A DNA stretch of 64,000 bases. It comes from Takakia lepidozioides. Lineage: Eukaryota; Plantae; Bryophyta. The notes under the pieces are model-generated. The model saw nothing but the letters and a program-made list of their open reading frames with translations, was not told the DNA's origin and did no database searches. The stretch covers positions 21,514,001 through 21,578,000 of the forward strand of contig CM060731.1 in assembly GCA_030704615.1 (NCBI GenBank), in the 5' to 3' direction. The position numbers were made by a program, and so were the translations under genes. This document shows positions 22,609 through 34,356 of this stretch, one piece after another. Within the stretch, counting starts at the first letter, position 1. The number at the start of each line of letters is the position of its first letter.

Positions 22609-25600
22609 TCATACCCTTGACTGCTGCAGTAGAGTATAGTTGCCATTTGGCACAATCGAATGCAAGCACCTGCATTCCTTGGGAGCGCAGCACATGGAGA
22701 TGTCAATGCCCGCAACTCCCATGGCACTACATACCCACTCTGGGACATCTCCCTTCGGAAACTGCAAGAGACGAAACAAATTTCTGTTACTTATGCCCAA
22801 AGCAGAAGGCTTTAGTAATGAGGCTGTCATGAATATACAAGGAAACAGTTTGTCCCAAGTTGTTCCTTAGCATTCTTTTCAGTCCAATTTCTGCACTGTA
22901 CTATTGCAACGAGCTCAAAGGTTTTTTGTATGAAGCCACAATTTTCCACTTGCGGGAAACTCTATAAAATATGCTTATTTTCCAAATTCTTCCACGCGGC
23001 TTTTCTCTACATCAACAAACAGAAAGACAAACAGAAAGGTGACATACCTGCTTTTGCAGAAACGATTGCACAAACCTGTACACAAACCCAAAAAGTCACT
23101 TGAGTCACCAATAGATTTGAAGATTTTTGTGCATGACAATATCAACTGCCTGTTAGATGCGTGATGTCACTAATGTCTCCTCCACGGAAAGACAAACTTG
23201 CTCAGTGTAAGTGGAACCTGGGAACTACCATGATTCTATTCTGCTCCAGATGGGGCTGGGTCTACGGCCCAAAGAATATGGCAAGCAAACATGAAGTACC
23301 TCATAGAACAAAATGGTGAAGGAGACTAGATTAGGACTCACTCAGGAAACCGACCCTCCAAAATGGAATTATGTAGATTGCGACTCAGCTGCATCATGCA
23401 CAAAAACCTCCAACTTCAGGTCAGTATCGACTGAGCAAAGCTACAAGACTGACGTTCTTGTGGGTTTATTTCTGCAACTGGGAGTCTCATGAACAGCTGT
23501 TAAATATACCTTTAGCCATGCAACAACACTAGAGCTAAAGCAGAACATCTCATGTACAGAAAAAGGTTGCCTCCTATGGAACCAGCAGAAAACAAAGTCT
23601 CGGCACTTGCTGCAAGCAGTCCTTGGTGCCCAGTGAATAGTAGATTTTATCTGATACTAGAGATTTAATCGTGTTTAGTACAAAAAACATATCCCTCTAA
23701 TTTGCAGCTTTCAAGAGCCTCTTAATATAATCAAGCACAAACCTGCATCATGTAGGCAACATTGTGGTAAGAAACCAACTGAGAGCCCATTGCTTCTTTG
23801 GTCACCAGCGAGTGAAGGTAAGCTCTCGTATACCGCTTGCAAACCTGTTCCCAGCAGAATGCATATTTGTTTAACCTACCTAATCCATACAATATTGTGA
23901 TACGGCAATGGGTTCCAAGAGGAGATTCATATACTCCCCTCTCAATGCTGTTTCTGCATGCACCATAATCATATTCAGCTATTGCTCTAAGGGTTGACGA
24001 GACATCAACGTCAGCACGGTTTCCTTCTGTTGCAGCAGTTGGGCTCATGGTCCCTCTCTCTCTGTCTGTCTTCCTCTCTAGCAAGAAGTGGCTTACTTCT
24101 TGTTCTACTTTGTCCTATGGGGGTGGGGGCTACAGTGCACATCTTAATTCCTTCTCTATCTCTACACCAAGTGCTCATTTCCCTCAACGGTTTGACTAGC
24201 ACTGCAACCATGGTCCCATGTCACATCATTTGTGGACTGCAGGCTTAGAGGAGCAATGCTATAATCAAGCCCATGCTTTTGACACTGAAAATTCAAGCAT
24301 TGGTGTGGGATTTGTGTGAGCACTAGGTAATTTCTAGGTTGATTTCCATATATGGTACTAGTGAGAGGGTTACTATCCCGTGGGAACAACGTCCTCCCAA
24401 CCAATGTTTGCAGCGAGCTGTGCAAGCCTGACTATGCAAAAAACATATGTACTGACAATGTCATACTGGAAGAAGAGTACCATGCATGAGCACGACGAAT
24501 CGAGAGGTCTATAATCGGTGGCCATGGCTGCATGCTTTAGTTTCAGAACCCCCTGCTTGGAAGTGCCAACAGACAAACCATGATGTACTCCTGAAGTAAA
24601 AGGAGACAAACAAAAAGAGATTCAAGTTGCCATGACTATGTGCAATACTCCTCTGCAGGTGTATATATGCCAGCCCACAATACGGTTGTTGATTTACAAA
24701 TCGTACATAAGAATTGTATACTATGAGCCAATTGCAAATCACCAAAGCTACCAAGCCAAACTGTGAAGAAAGATCAGTGGCATAGTGAGGTGTACAGCCC
24801 TCCAATGATGATACTGCTGATGATTAATCAGTGCTGTCTGCTGTCTATAGGGGAGAAAATACCTCTGGGACAAGTGCAGTTCCAAAACGAGCAGTCCGCG
24901 TGGGATACACACAGTCATACATATCTGCCCCAAGAGCACTGCAAACCACGATGTCTAGTGGAAACCCTATGCCCTGCTTACCCAATAGTCATCAACCAGC
25001 CAAAACAGATTACAAAGCTTCCACATCACTCTATCTTCATTTATCTATCGGTTCCTAAATTTGGTTCAGCAACCTCAGGTCGGGTTGACCATTTACTTCA
25101 AAATCCAGACATTGTCAGATATCTGTAATCACATACCATGACATACCGAGGTTTGTCCTCAGGAAGCCCTGCTGTACACTGTGCAACAACCCTCCAAAAT
25201 GCATCCTTCTCTTCCCCTCCCGCCAAGCCTCCTATTGCATATCTGATGACCCTCAACCATTGCAGTTCTATCAGATTTACAATTACAGATTTACAATTAC
25301 CGAGAACTTGATTTTGGACACAAAGTCATCTATCCTTGATCCCTGTCAAACTTGAAACAATGCATTAATACTCTCATTGCTTGAATCCTACCAACTTGTG
25401 CAGTACTTTCTTCAGGCAGTCAGTAACTCTGTCAGTTTTTCCCTCACATAGCATGCACCTCAAGTTCCATGGTCAAAGGCTGACTCTGGTCTTAAGAAAT
25501 ATATGAAATAGCTTATCTGGTCCACATACCCAGGAAGGTTGCGTGCCACAAGGCCTTTTAGACACTGATCTCTGCACCAGAAGCCAACCAATCCTCTTTG

Positions 25601-27715
25601 TTTAGTCAGCTGCCTCGCCTTCACAGTTAGCTAACAAAGACACTATACATCACATAAAAATCTCCCAAGAATTGAGGCTTGCCTGAGATATGGATCCAGT
25701 CCTCCTTGCACTATTCCAAATAAGCTCTGCTCCTTTGGCCTTGCATGTGCTGGCCATACCCAACAGCAGCACAAGACAAGGAACACCTCTGAAATATAAC
25801 ACAAAATCAGAACACACCAGCAACCAAAACTCATGCAAACTCACCTGCTTGTTACTACCAGCACAGAAAAGGATTTAAGTGGTGGAGATTTATAATGAAA
25901 TTTTGTCATAGTCCACAATGAGCCCAGATGAGCAAAAAGTAAACCAATTAAAGCGGTAACTGCATATGGTCATACAACCATTTTATGGGTATGTCAACCA
26001 AATTTTGACACAACTTCCAATTATTGGTTACTACAACTTAATAGAACTGATGTGTCACCTGCAATACAGCGATCAATCCACCGCAATGTTCTATACATGG
26101 CCTCCTCTACCCGAGGGCCTGAAGTTGTGGTTTTCACGACGTCATCTAAGGCCATTATTATATCTGCACCTATTTTGTTCTGCAGTTGAAAGGCACAATC
26201 GAATGAAACAGTTAAAAGAAGAAAAACATTGAGTGAATGAAACATACGAACAAATTGGTTGGGATTTACTGGCCAAAAAGCTCATTGAAACGACAAACAT
26301 GAGAAACCATTGGGTAAAAGAGTTTACAAGTGTACCTCACACTAATTCGTACAATTACAACAATAAACAGCAGCAATGAATGGGAACTTGCTTTTCCGCC
26401 TTCTCTGTCAAACCAAAGTTGATACATACCTGTATCTGTATTGACTCTTCTGGTGTAAGCAGCATAGATTTCCCATCTACTGGGGACTGCAGAACAAAAG
26501 GCATTCAATATCCCTCATAAAAAATGCATTTGTAGCTTACAAAATACGCACATATGAATAGAGTCTGTCTTTCATATGGGTCCCTCCTCTCCCCCTCCCT
26601 TCTCCTCTCCCTTTGACTCGCTTGTGCTCTTATCTAGACACCAGGTCATACCTGAAAAGTGACACCCTCCTCTGTGATGTCTGCTAAATGGAGAAGTGAA
26701 ACCTGGAAAGTGTGGAAACAGGAGGATTAGCAGTCTGCCATATTATTTTTGTGGCATGCAAATAACTTGGTCATGAAGCGCTGCATTTCATTATCATTGC
26801 CACAGCTAGGCATTTCCATCATCCACAACATCCAAGCTGCCCAACTCCTGATGAATACCCAATACCTCAAAAATGACAGAACCACATGGCACAGTACCGG
26901 CATGCAGCAACCATTGAAGGGAAAATTACGAAGGGAGAGAAGGGGAACAAAAGGTGAGAAGGAAGAGACCATTTGGAAGCCCCCAGAGTCAGTGAGCAGG
27001 GCACGGGGCCAGTTCATGAACTCATGAAGCCCGCCCATGCAATCCAACAGATCAGCACCAGGGCGCAGTGCCAAATGGTAGGTGTTTCCCAGAATTATCT
27101 GGCAACCCAAATCCTGAAGCTGATCACCTGCTAGCCCCTTTATAGTTCCTGCAATAGTTGAAAAAGTTAAATACTATAAAATCCTCCGCAGTGGGCTTGA
27201 GCAGACTCCAGCCATTTCAGAGCTACACACTCCCTCCTGTAGATAGCAGCAAGACAATCCCTTAGAAGCTTTTTCTTTCATTATTTCACCAATGTAGTCA
27301 CTTACATGACTCCACTCTAAATGGGTTTAGGGTGTAGGGTTTATGAGTGAGTGAGACGGAGAGAGAAGACTTGAACTATAATTTGGAAAAATTCTGATCA
27401 GGCAAGACCTTGGGTGCCGACAGGCATGAATAGAGGTGTTTCACACACGAAATGAGGAAGAGTGAGCCGGGATGCGCGCGCTCGATTATGACGACCCATG
27501 ACCTGACAATGGCCCACGGTGATCACTCATAAGGAGGGCAAGGAGAACGTCTAAAATTTCGCAACAGACATTACTGCTAAAGATAGGAAGAATAAAACAC
27601 AGTCACAACGAGCACTCGTGCAAACACTGCGTTTAAAAGAGCACCGATATGATAATTTCAACACAAGAAAACAGGGGAAATAACAGGGGAGACATACCTC
27701 AAAGGTGAGAGCCAT
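22609..27715 (-). CDS. QTRT1: Queuine tRNA-ribosyltransferase catalytic subunit (tRNA-guanine transglycosylase), multi-exon
   Basis: Spliced peptide MALTFE|[22 protein letters not shown]|[22 protein letters not shown]|..|[11 protein letters not shown]|..LFGIVQGG|..|[16 protein letters not shown]|[22 protein letters not shown]|..CSCM|[15 protein letters not shown]|..[10 protein letters not shown]. Catalytic Asp and zinc-binding CxCxxC..H are present. Confidence 0.95.
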
Positions 27716-28543
27716 TGCGTGGGAAGCCAGCATATGGGTCAGAAGTATTGCACGACACTCACCAACCAATGCTACACGCTTATGCATATGCAAGTCTCCA
27801 AGCCAAACTGAATTACATGAGGCAATGCTCACGGAATTTGCACTAGAGTGTGGAGACAGTTCCATCAACATGCGAATTTCTCACCATCCGAGCATGCTCA
27901 TCGATTGCATGAGGATTCCCGCTGCCACACACTGTCAACTGTTTCCTAGAGCACTGTCTTTTTTTCCAGTAAAATCAGAAGAAAACCAAAAACGATGCTT
28001 GTCTCAACTGCAAAACGATCAATATTCCTGATATTCCCAGCTCCATGAAAAGAGACTACTACGGGTTGACTGGGACGCAGGGAGCTCCGCTGTCCCCCCA
28101 AAAGTACTTCAGAAGCCCACGTTATCATGCAAGGAAGAACCTGTAAGCCATGAAAAAAATCAACACCTGGAGGAATCTCAGACGGGATTATTCAACCCAC
28201 CTTTGAGAGACGAAACAGCGAGCCGCCCCTCGGACTACAAATCCAGAGAGACGGGGGAAACTAGGGATGAAGTCTAGACAGATGACTAGTGTATTTCCTC
28301 CATTCGTTCTGGTAAACGATACATGCTAAAACCCATTTCCGTTGATAATCAACCAAGGATCTCCGAGGTCTTATGCATCCATGCACGGAGGGGCTTTTGG
28401 AGCCCTGTGTCTCATCGCTGTAGGACTGTGGCCCACGACAGAGTTTCCTTAACATTTGAGTCTTGGAGGAAGGAGAGGATTGTGGTCACGAGAACAGGTC
28501 TTTGGTTTTGGGTTGTCTTTTTGGGTGGGTGGAAAGGAGAAAT

Positions 28544-30124
28544 GAGGGCTTCAACGAAGAAGGGTGTGGGCTCAGTAGAAGGAGTGATCAAGCCTTCATG
28601 GGGGTTATCCATGGCGTGTGCTTTCATGGCTGCCCTATTTGCATATTCTGCATCCGTGCAGCTCAACGACATCGGTATTCCCTTTCGCCCTCTGTCTCCC
28701 TGCGGTTCTCTTTATCTCCGCCCATACAACTCGTACATGGGCATGTGTGTTGTGCATGCCCTTGCATTTCCAAATACGTGCATATTCACTCAGTTACCAT
28801 GACATTTTCTACGCACTTTGGTAAGCCCTAGTCAGGATGGAGGCAACGAATTCAGAGTTATTGTAAGAATATTTCTAGCTTGGACCATCGCTTGTCTTCC
28901 ACACTATGCAACTCTTTATATAATCTGCATTTCAAAAGCTGATTGTTGTAGAGGCTGCTCGAAATTTCTCACTTTGTCACAAAGTTCGCAGTCACTTGTC
29001 TCACATCCAAGCTTGATGTTGAAGCTTTGATGTGAGACCAGTTACTAGTAAACGTCTGTGGCTGACGTACTAAGTGGATTTGAATTCTGGATACAGGATA
29101 GAGGTTAGATCAACCCACCAAAATGCCTTTAAAATTTTGGGACGTACTTCTCTTTTGCAGTCTCTGCAAGGAGTCCCAGTATGACTTCAATCATGGTCAG
29201 TGTCCAGCCGTGCTAGTCACATTCTGAGCGCTAAGGAAGTCTGAATGTTGTTGCTGCAGATTGGTATTTCTGGCTGCCATTGTACACATTGGCATGTTTT
29301 GTATGCCTAGTTCACACTTTTAGGTTCAGTGGTCTCAGCCGAGGCACAGCATATGTTGTGCTGGTGGGAGGAATAGTACTATTTTTGAAAGTTGTGGCAG
29401 AGGCATGCATAATTGGCTGGAGTTTTAACTGGCGAGAATTTGTGTCCTTCGACATGGAGAAGAGAGAGGTGCGGGAGAAGCTTGGGAGCATGCTAGTGTG
29501 GCTGTCCATGGGGATTCAATTAGATGCCTCTGGCGGCTTGTTCAATAACACAAGTAAGGGTAAAATGGGTCCACAATATGGTATGTATGCAAGTTGGCTG
29601 TCTCTCTTTTCACAAATCCCCCCTCCCCCTTCTCCCGTCCTTTTGCCAACAATCTCCTAATCAGATGGCAGTTGGCTGTGCACAAGAGCAGTAGTGGTAA
29701 TTTGTGTTTCGTCTCCATATCCTAAAAACTCCACCATCTAGAAATCCTGTTGGGGTTGCAGCCTTAAGGGTAGGCTCTAGGCAACATTCCTGGGAAGCTG
29801 TCAACAAGCACCTCTCTCCTTCTCCAATTGACGGAGTATCTAAGAGCGAGTTCCACGGCCTGCTGCTTATGTTTGCAACCAGCTATGATAAGGCTAAGCT
29901 TGCAGTTGGTTGTGTGAGAGCTATGCCTGTTGCAGTGAAACCAATGGGTAGATGATTGCAAGGAGATGGCTTTCCTAATAGTGGCTTTTCAAGTGAGGTG
30001 TCCATCTCTTTTGAAATTGATTATAAGTGTCTGGCCTGTGTATATGTTGGCAGGGATGCTCATGGTTGTATCGGCCAGCATCATTATGTGTGTCGCATAT
30101 CTTGTCCAAAAGCCTAAAATCTGA
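28544..30124 (+). CDS. TMEM220-like small membrane protein; 3 exons
   Basis: Exons ~28544-28674, 29260-29580, 30054-30124 join in frame to give ..LFAYSASVQLNDIDWYFWLPLY..VREKLGS..PQYGMLMVV..KPKI*. The VQ.ND.D...W..LY signature is recognised from memory of TMEM220/PF15071. Start codon uncertain. Confidence 0.75.
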
Positions 30125-31150
30125 CTTGAAACTCAAGCCCTTCAGAATCGGCAACCTCGAGTGCTCAAGGGTGGCTCATCCATGGGAAGGAGACGACGAG
30201 GAAATCTTTTGGAAGCATATTTTATTCTCGACCAGCCCCTGACATCACCAACTTTTGTACCTCTAAAGAGCGGGAACCATCTGGGTCTGTGTACCATACA
30301 GATTCTGGAAGATACAAGAGGTCCATGTCTTTAATTTCCTACATCTCCATCCCTTTCAGTGATAATCACATCTTTCCGTGTCTTTTGGCCTCTCCCAACC
30401 CAGGCCTCTTGGACTGCGTGTGTACTCAGCAATTGGCAAAAGAAAATTGCATCATCAGGCAGAAAGAACAGGACTTAGGTGGGCACAAAGAGCTCACCAA
30501 ATGAGATATTTCTAGCGGAGGGGATGATTTCTCATGTTGAAGGTTCAGCTGTTCTGTGACTCCCTTTAGCAGGGATGCAACTTTATGCTCCGCAACAAGC
30601 AGCTCACTTTGCCATCAGAGCAGGTTGAAACTCATAGGTGGACAGTTAGGACTCTCATGCCAGCCAGCTACCCGGATTGTGGGCTGGTGTTTGCTTCTTG
30701 TCCTCCTTGAGCAGGGTGGCAACCTTTTGCCTGCTGGCAACGGTTAAGCTTTTATTCTGAAGCTGATAGGTTTACCATTTAGAAAGCTTGAAGCACTGAG
30801 TTGGAGATTGATTTAACATGCATAGTTATTCACTTTCCCATGTGCACTGGTCACTGGTGATATCATCTGGAAGAAAGTCATGAGCCAAAAAGGCCACCAA
30901 TTGGAAACTACCTTCTGCCCCCAGGCATGGATTGTCAGTTGTAAGTTGACATAATACATCAAGGGGAAACTGTGATTAGTGAGAGTATGTGGAATCCTTG
31001 AGAAGAGATCAGCATTCGACTCCATCCCATTGAAGTGCCCAGAGCTTGGCAAGTGAAGAGCAATGGCAATTAATTCGAGGGATCCTAGTCAGTATTTATG
31101 GAGAGTGGCCTACTGTAGGCACGCACTACATTCTGCCATTGTCTATAATA

Positions 31151-31320
31151 TATGATGCCTCCCCCGAATGAAGCGCAAATTATGGTATTTCTTGATCCTG
31201 AAGGGCTACTGCCTTCCAGTAGGAAGGTGGACACCTTTGTGACACCAATTGGTGGATTGAATCCACAACCACTTCCGAGGTGGTATGTGCCCATTACCAT
31301 TGGGCTTTAACTTGGTTGTC
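31151..31320 (-). mobile_element. tRNA-derived SINE, copy 2
   Basis: Diverged homologue of 2031-2203 (TATGATGCCTCCC..GAAGGGCTACT..GGTGG.TTGAA.CCACAACCAC..GTGGTATGTGCCCATTACCA..GGTTGTC). Confidence 0.65.
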
Positions 31321-31560
31321 GCCTTGTCTATACATCTTATGTGTATTATATGCGCAAGTGCGGGTCCCGTGCGCCTCGGCCTCCCCACTAAGGAGTCACC
31401 ACCCCTGGCCACCCCCCACCCAACGTCGTCTTTTAGGCGTCGTTGGTTTTCCAGGTGTTGTTGGTCCCTCTTAGGCGTCGTTGGTTTTCCAGGTGTTGTT
31501 GGTCCCTCGTTGTTGGTATACAACGTTGGTTTGCCCCCCTAGCTTTGGTCTGCTATGGTC

Positions 31561-32448
31561 TGGTACTCAGTTCAAGAGTATGAAGAAAAAATGGCAGAAG
31601 CCTTTATTGATCTGAAGGTCAATAAGGCAGTAGGTGGTTGGAGAAAAGATGTCCATTTTGTGAAACTAATTTCAAGGACAAAACCACGTTAAACAGACAG
31701 TGTGTCCATATGGGGTGTCTTGGTCAAATACCAGCTGGTTTCAAGCCTTGGCCTATTGCACGGTCAGTGAATGCCGCATGTGTAATAGCAAGGAAGGTCA
31801 GATGTAGAGGTGCCCAACCACGAAGCATGCAAGACATTGTAGCTCAATATACGGTAATGGCATCTAGTTACGGTATCCCTTCACATAGATGTTTCTTTCG
31901 AACTCCATACACTGGATTTGCCATGTTCATGTCATGGGCGAATGTCCCCCATGACAAGAATTTGAGCAGTGATAGACATTGCCTCACTATTTCAGGACCA
32001 TGTTGCAATGCCTATCATTGTTCAAATTTTTGTCATGGAGGACATTCGCCCATGTGACATAATGGATTTCAGCATGGCACATCCAAGTGTATGGAGTTCG
32101 GAAGAAACATCTACATGAAGAAATGCCGTAACTAGATGCCATTACCGTATATTGAGCAACAATCTATTGTATGCTTCGTGGTTGGGCACCTCTACCTTTG
32201 ACTCTCTTTGCTATTACAGATGCAACATTCGTTGACCCTCCAATAGGCCAAGGCTTGAAACCAGCTGGTATTTGACCAAGACATCCCGAATCAATACAAT
32301 GTCTATTCAACGTGGTTTTGTCCTTGAAATTAGCTTCACTAAATAGACAGACCAGTCGATCTTTTCCCCAACCACCGACGGCCTTATCGACCTTCAGATC
32401 AATAAAGGCTTCTGCCATTTTTTCTTCATACTCTTGAACTGAATACCA
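31561..32448. repeat. Long imperfect inverted repeat (fold-back): arms ~370 bp, spacer ~140 bp
   Basis: TGGTA.TCAGTTCAAGAGTATGAAGAAAAAATGGCAGAAGCCTTTATTGATCTGAAGGTC at 31561 has its reverse complement ending at ~32448. Both arms translate NFKDKTTLNR..GCLGQIPAGFKPWPI..GAQPRS. Confidence 0.9.
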
Positions 32449-32529
32449 AAACCTGTCACTGCTTTTGAGACTTCGTTGTGATATGCACAAAGGATCTCCA
32501 ATCTTCATTCTCTGGTTTCTTCTTGTCAA

Positions 32530-32820
32530 AGTCTACACAAGATGAGCAAAATCTATACATGGGGTAATTGTCCCCAAGCAGTCAGACGGACAATCTGTCC
32601 CTAAGGGTGCGGAGCCTGTACGTCGTGTAACTGAAGGATTTGGTACCCTGAATGGTTTACCAATTCTCAAAGTTTACACAAGATGAGCAAAATCTACACA
32701 TGGGGTAACTGTCCCCCGTTTGCAGAACGGTTGGCCGTCCAGGAGCAAGCACAAGCTACCTAGACGACAAACAATTCATATGCAAAGGGCTGGCTTGCGG
32801 CTGGGTACTTTCAATTTCTC
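32530..32820 (+). mobile_element. LINE 5'-region fragment (with partial internal duplication)
   Basis: GTTTACACAAGATGAGCAAAATCTACACATGGGGTAACTGTCCCC..GCAGAACGG..CTAGACGACAAACAATTCA matches the reverse complement of 62900-63050. Confidence 0.75.
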
Positions 32821-34356
32821 AATTAACACTGCTTTGCGGGTCACTCCAATACTATGCCGTAGATGAGACCCTAATGTATATATATGTATGACCATTTCTG
32901 GAGGTCACATTCGGATGACAGGTCATGCAGACCAACGTTGGTATTCAACGAGGGGCCAACGATTGAATTCCTATTGAAAGCGAAGTCATTACGGGATGTT
33001 GAGGCTTGAGACTGATGTTGGCATAAAGCTTGTCCTGCAGTGGGGCCCGGAGTTCTACTCGGGAAGGAATTCAGATGGCACCAGCATTGCAAATGGTTGT
33101 TTAGAGGCTCCACACTCCATAACTTTATTCATGGCCTCCATTTCACAACCAATTGAAACAATGCGAACCGTGAATTGCGACGATCATGCGCCTGCAGCCA
33201 CACAATGCGTGTGTGTTTCTGTGATGTAAGGATATCTGCAAGTTTTGTAAGCTGGGGGCTCGATCTTTTGTAAATTTCTGGCTGAATCATCGAGGGCTGT
33301 TCTTCAACGTTCTTGAGTGCATTCCGAGGGACATAGTAGAGGTGTGCATATCTTGCAGGGACGGAGGTCGAGAGCAATGGTGAGGTAGAAATCCAGTGAG
33401 AGAGTAGGCGTAGTTTATAAGTGGATGCAAGGAAGAGCGACGATGATCGTGACTTCCTTAAATAAAGTCCTCTGCTCCTCCTGCACAAGTGTGCGATCTG
33501 CAGATACTAGATATGCACGAGTGAGGCGAGATGTAGGAAATTATGCCGCAGCAATCACTTGCCACCCCTCCTCCTCATGTGCGTCCATCTCACTTTGTTT
33601 CTGTAGTGTATTGAATCCAATAAATTATAAAATATGGGCAAAAGGATGTCCAACATGCCAAGCAAATGGAGGTGGGCACGTATTGAAGAGCAGTTGCCGG
33701 CTGAGGTTCCCAAGTAAATTGACACAGTGTTCTGCCTTCCAGCCATGTGAAGAGTACATGCAAAGTAACAATGCAGACCTCGCCAGCTCTAATAAGAGCT
33801 CGAACAGTGTAGCCGTCGACTGTGGTATGAACGGCCAGAGGAATGAAATGTGGACAGCAGAGGAGCTCAACACAACCCTGCCATCGCTTGATGTGATGGC
33901 TCAGGCTTTGGACAGGGCAGGACAAAGCCACACAGAAGGCACTGACATATATCATCGCCGGGTATGTAGCGGCAGACCTGGGTAGTGGCTGCTATGGGAC
34001 AGACAGCGGCCTCTAAATTTGCATGCTTGGGGCCTGTACTTGTTGGGTCGGCCCTATGATTGTTTCCAACAGAGGAGAGTTGATGTTAATCAGAGACATT
34101 CCCAGTATGCCCTGTGGTTTGATTTTCCAAGAGCTACTTGAATCCATGATTCCCGTGCGTACCAACCTACGCTTCCAGGAATCAAATATTTTGAGAACTG
34201 TGTAAACATGCTCAGTGAGAGTTGGAGATATCACTAAGTTAGGACACTTATGTGTGAAAGTCTACATTTACCAGGAAAATGTACGTTCCTGCTGCCATGC
34301 TCATTCCAGGGAGGGCGTGTATTAGTGGGCTATCATGCCTTTCTACATGTTAAAGT

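Noticed and set aside
31430-31510. 38-bp direct repeat, two copies
   Set aside because: Simple local duplication with no further structure.
32870-34240. Overlapping ORFs on both strands
   Set aside because: No recognisable domain or consistent splice model.
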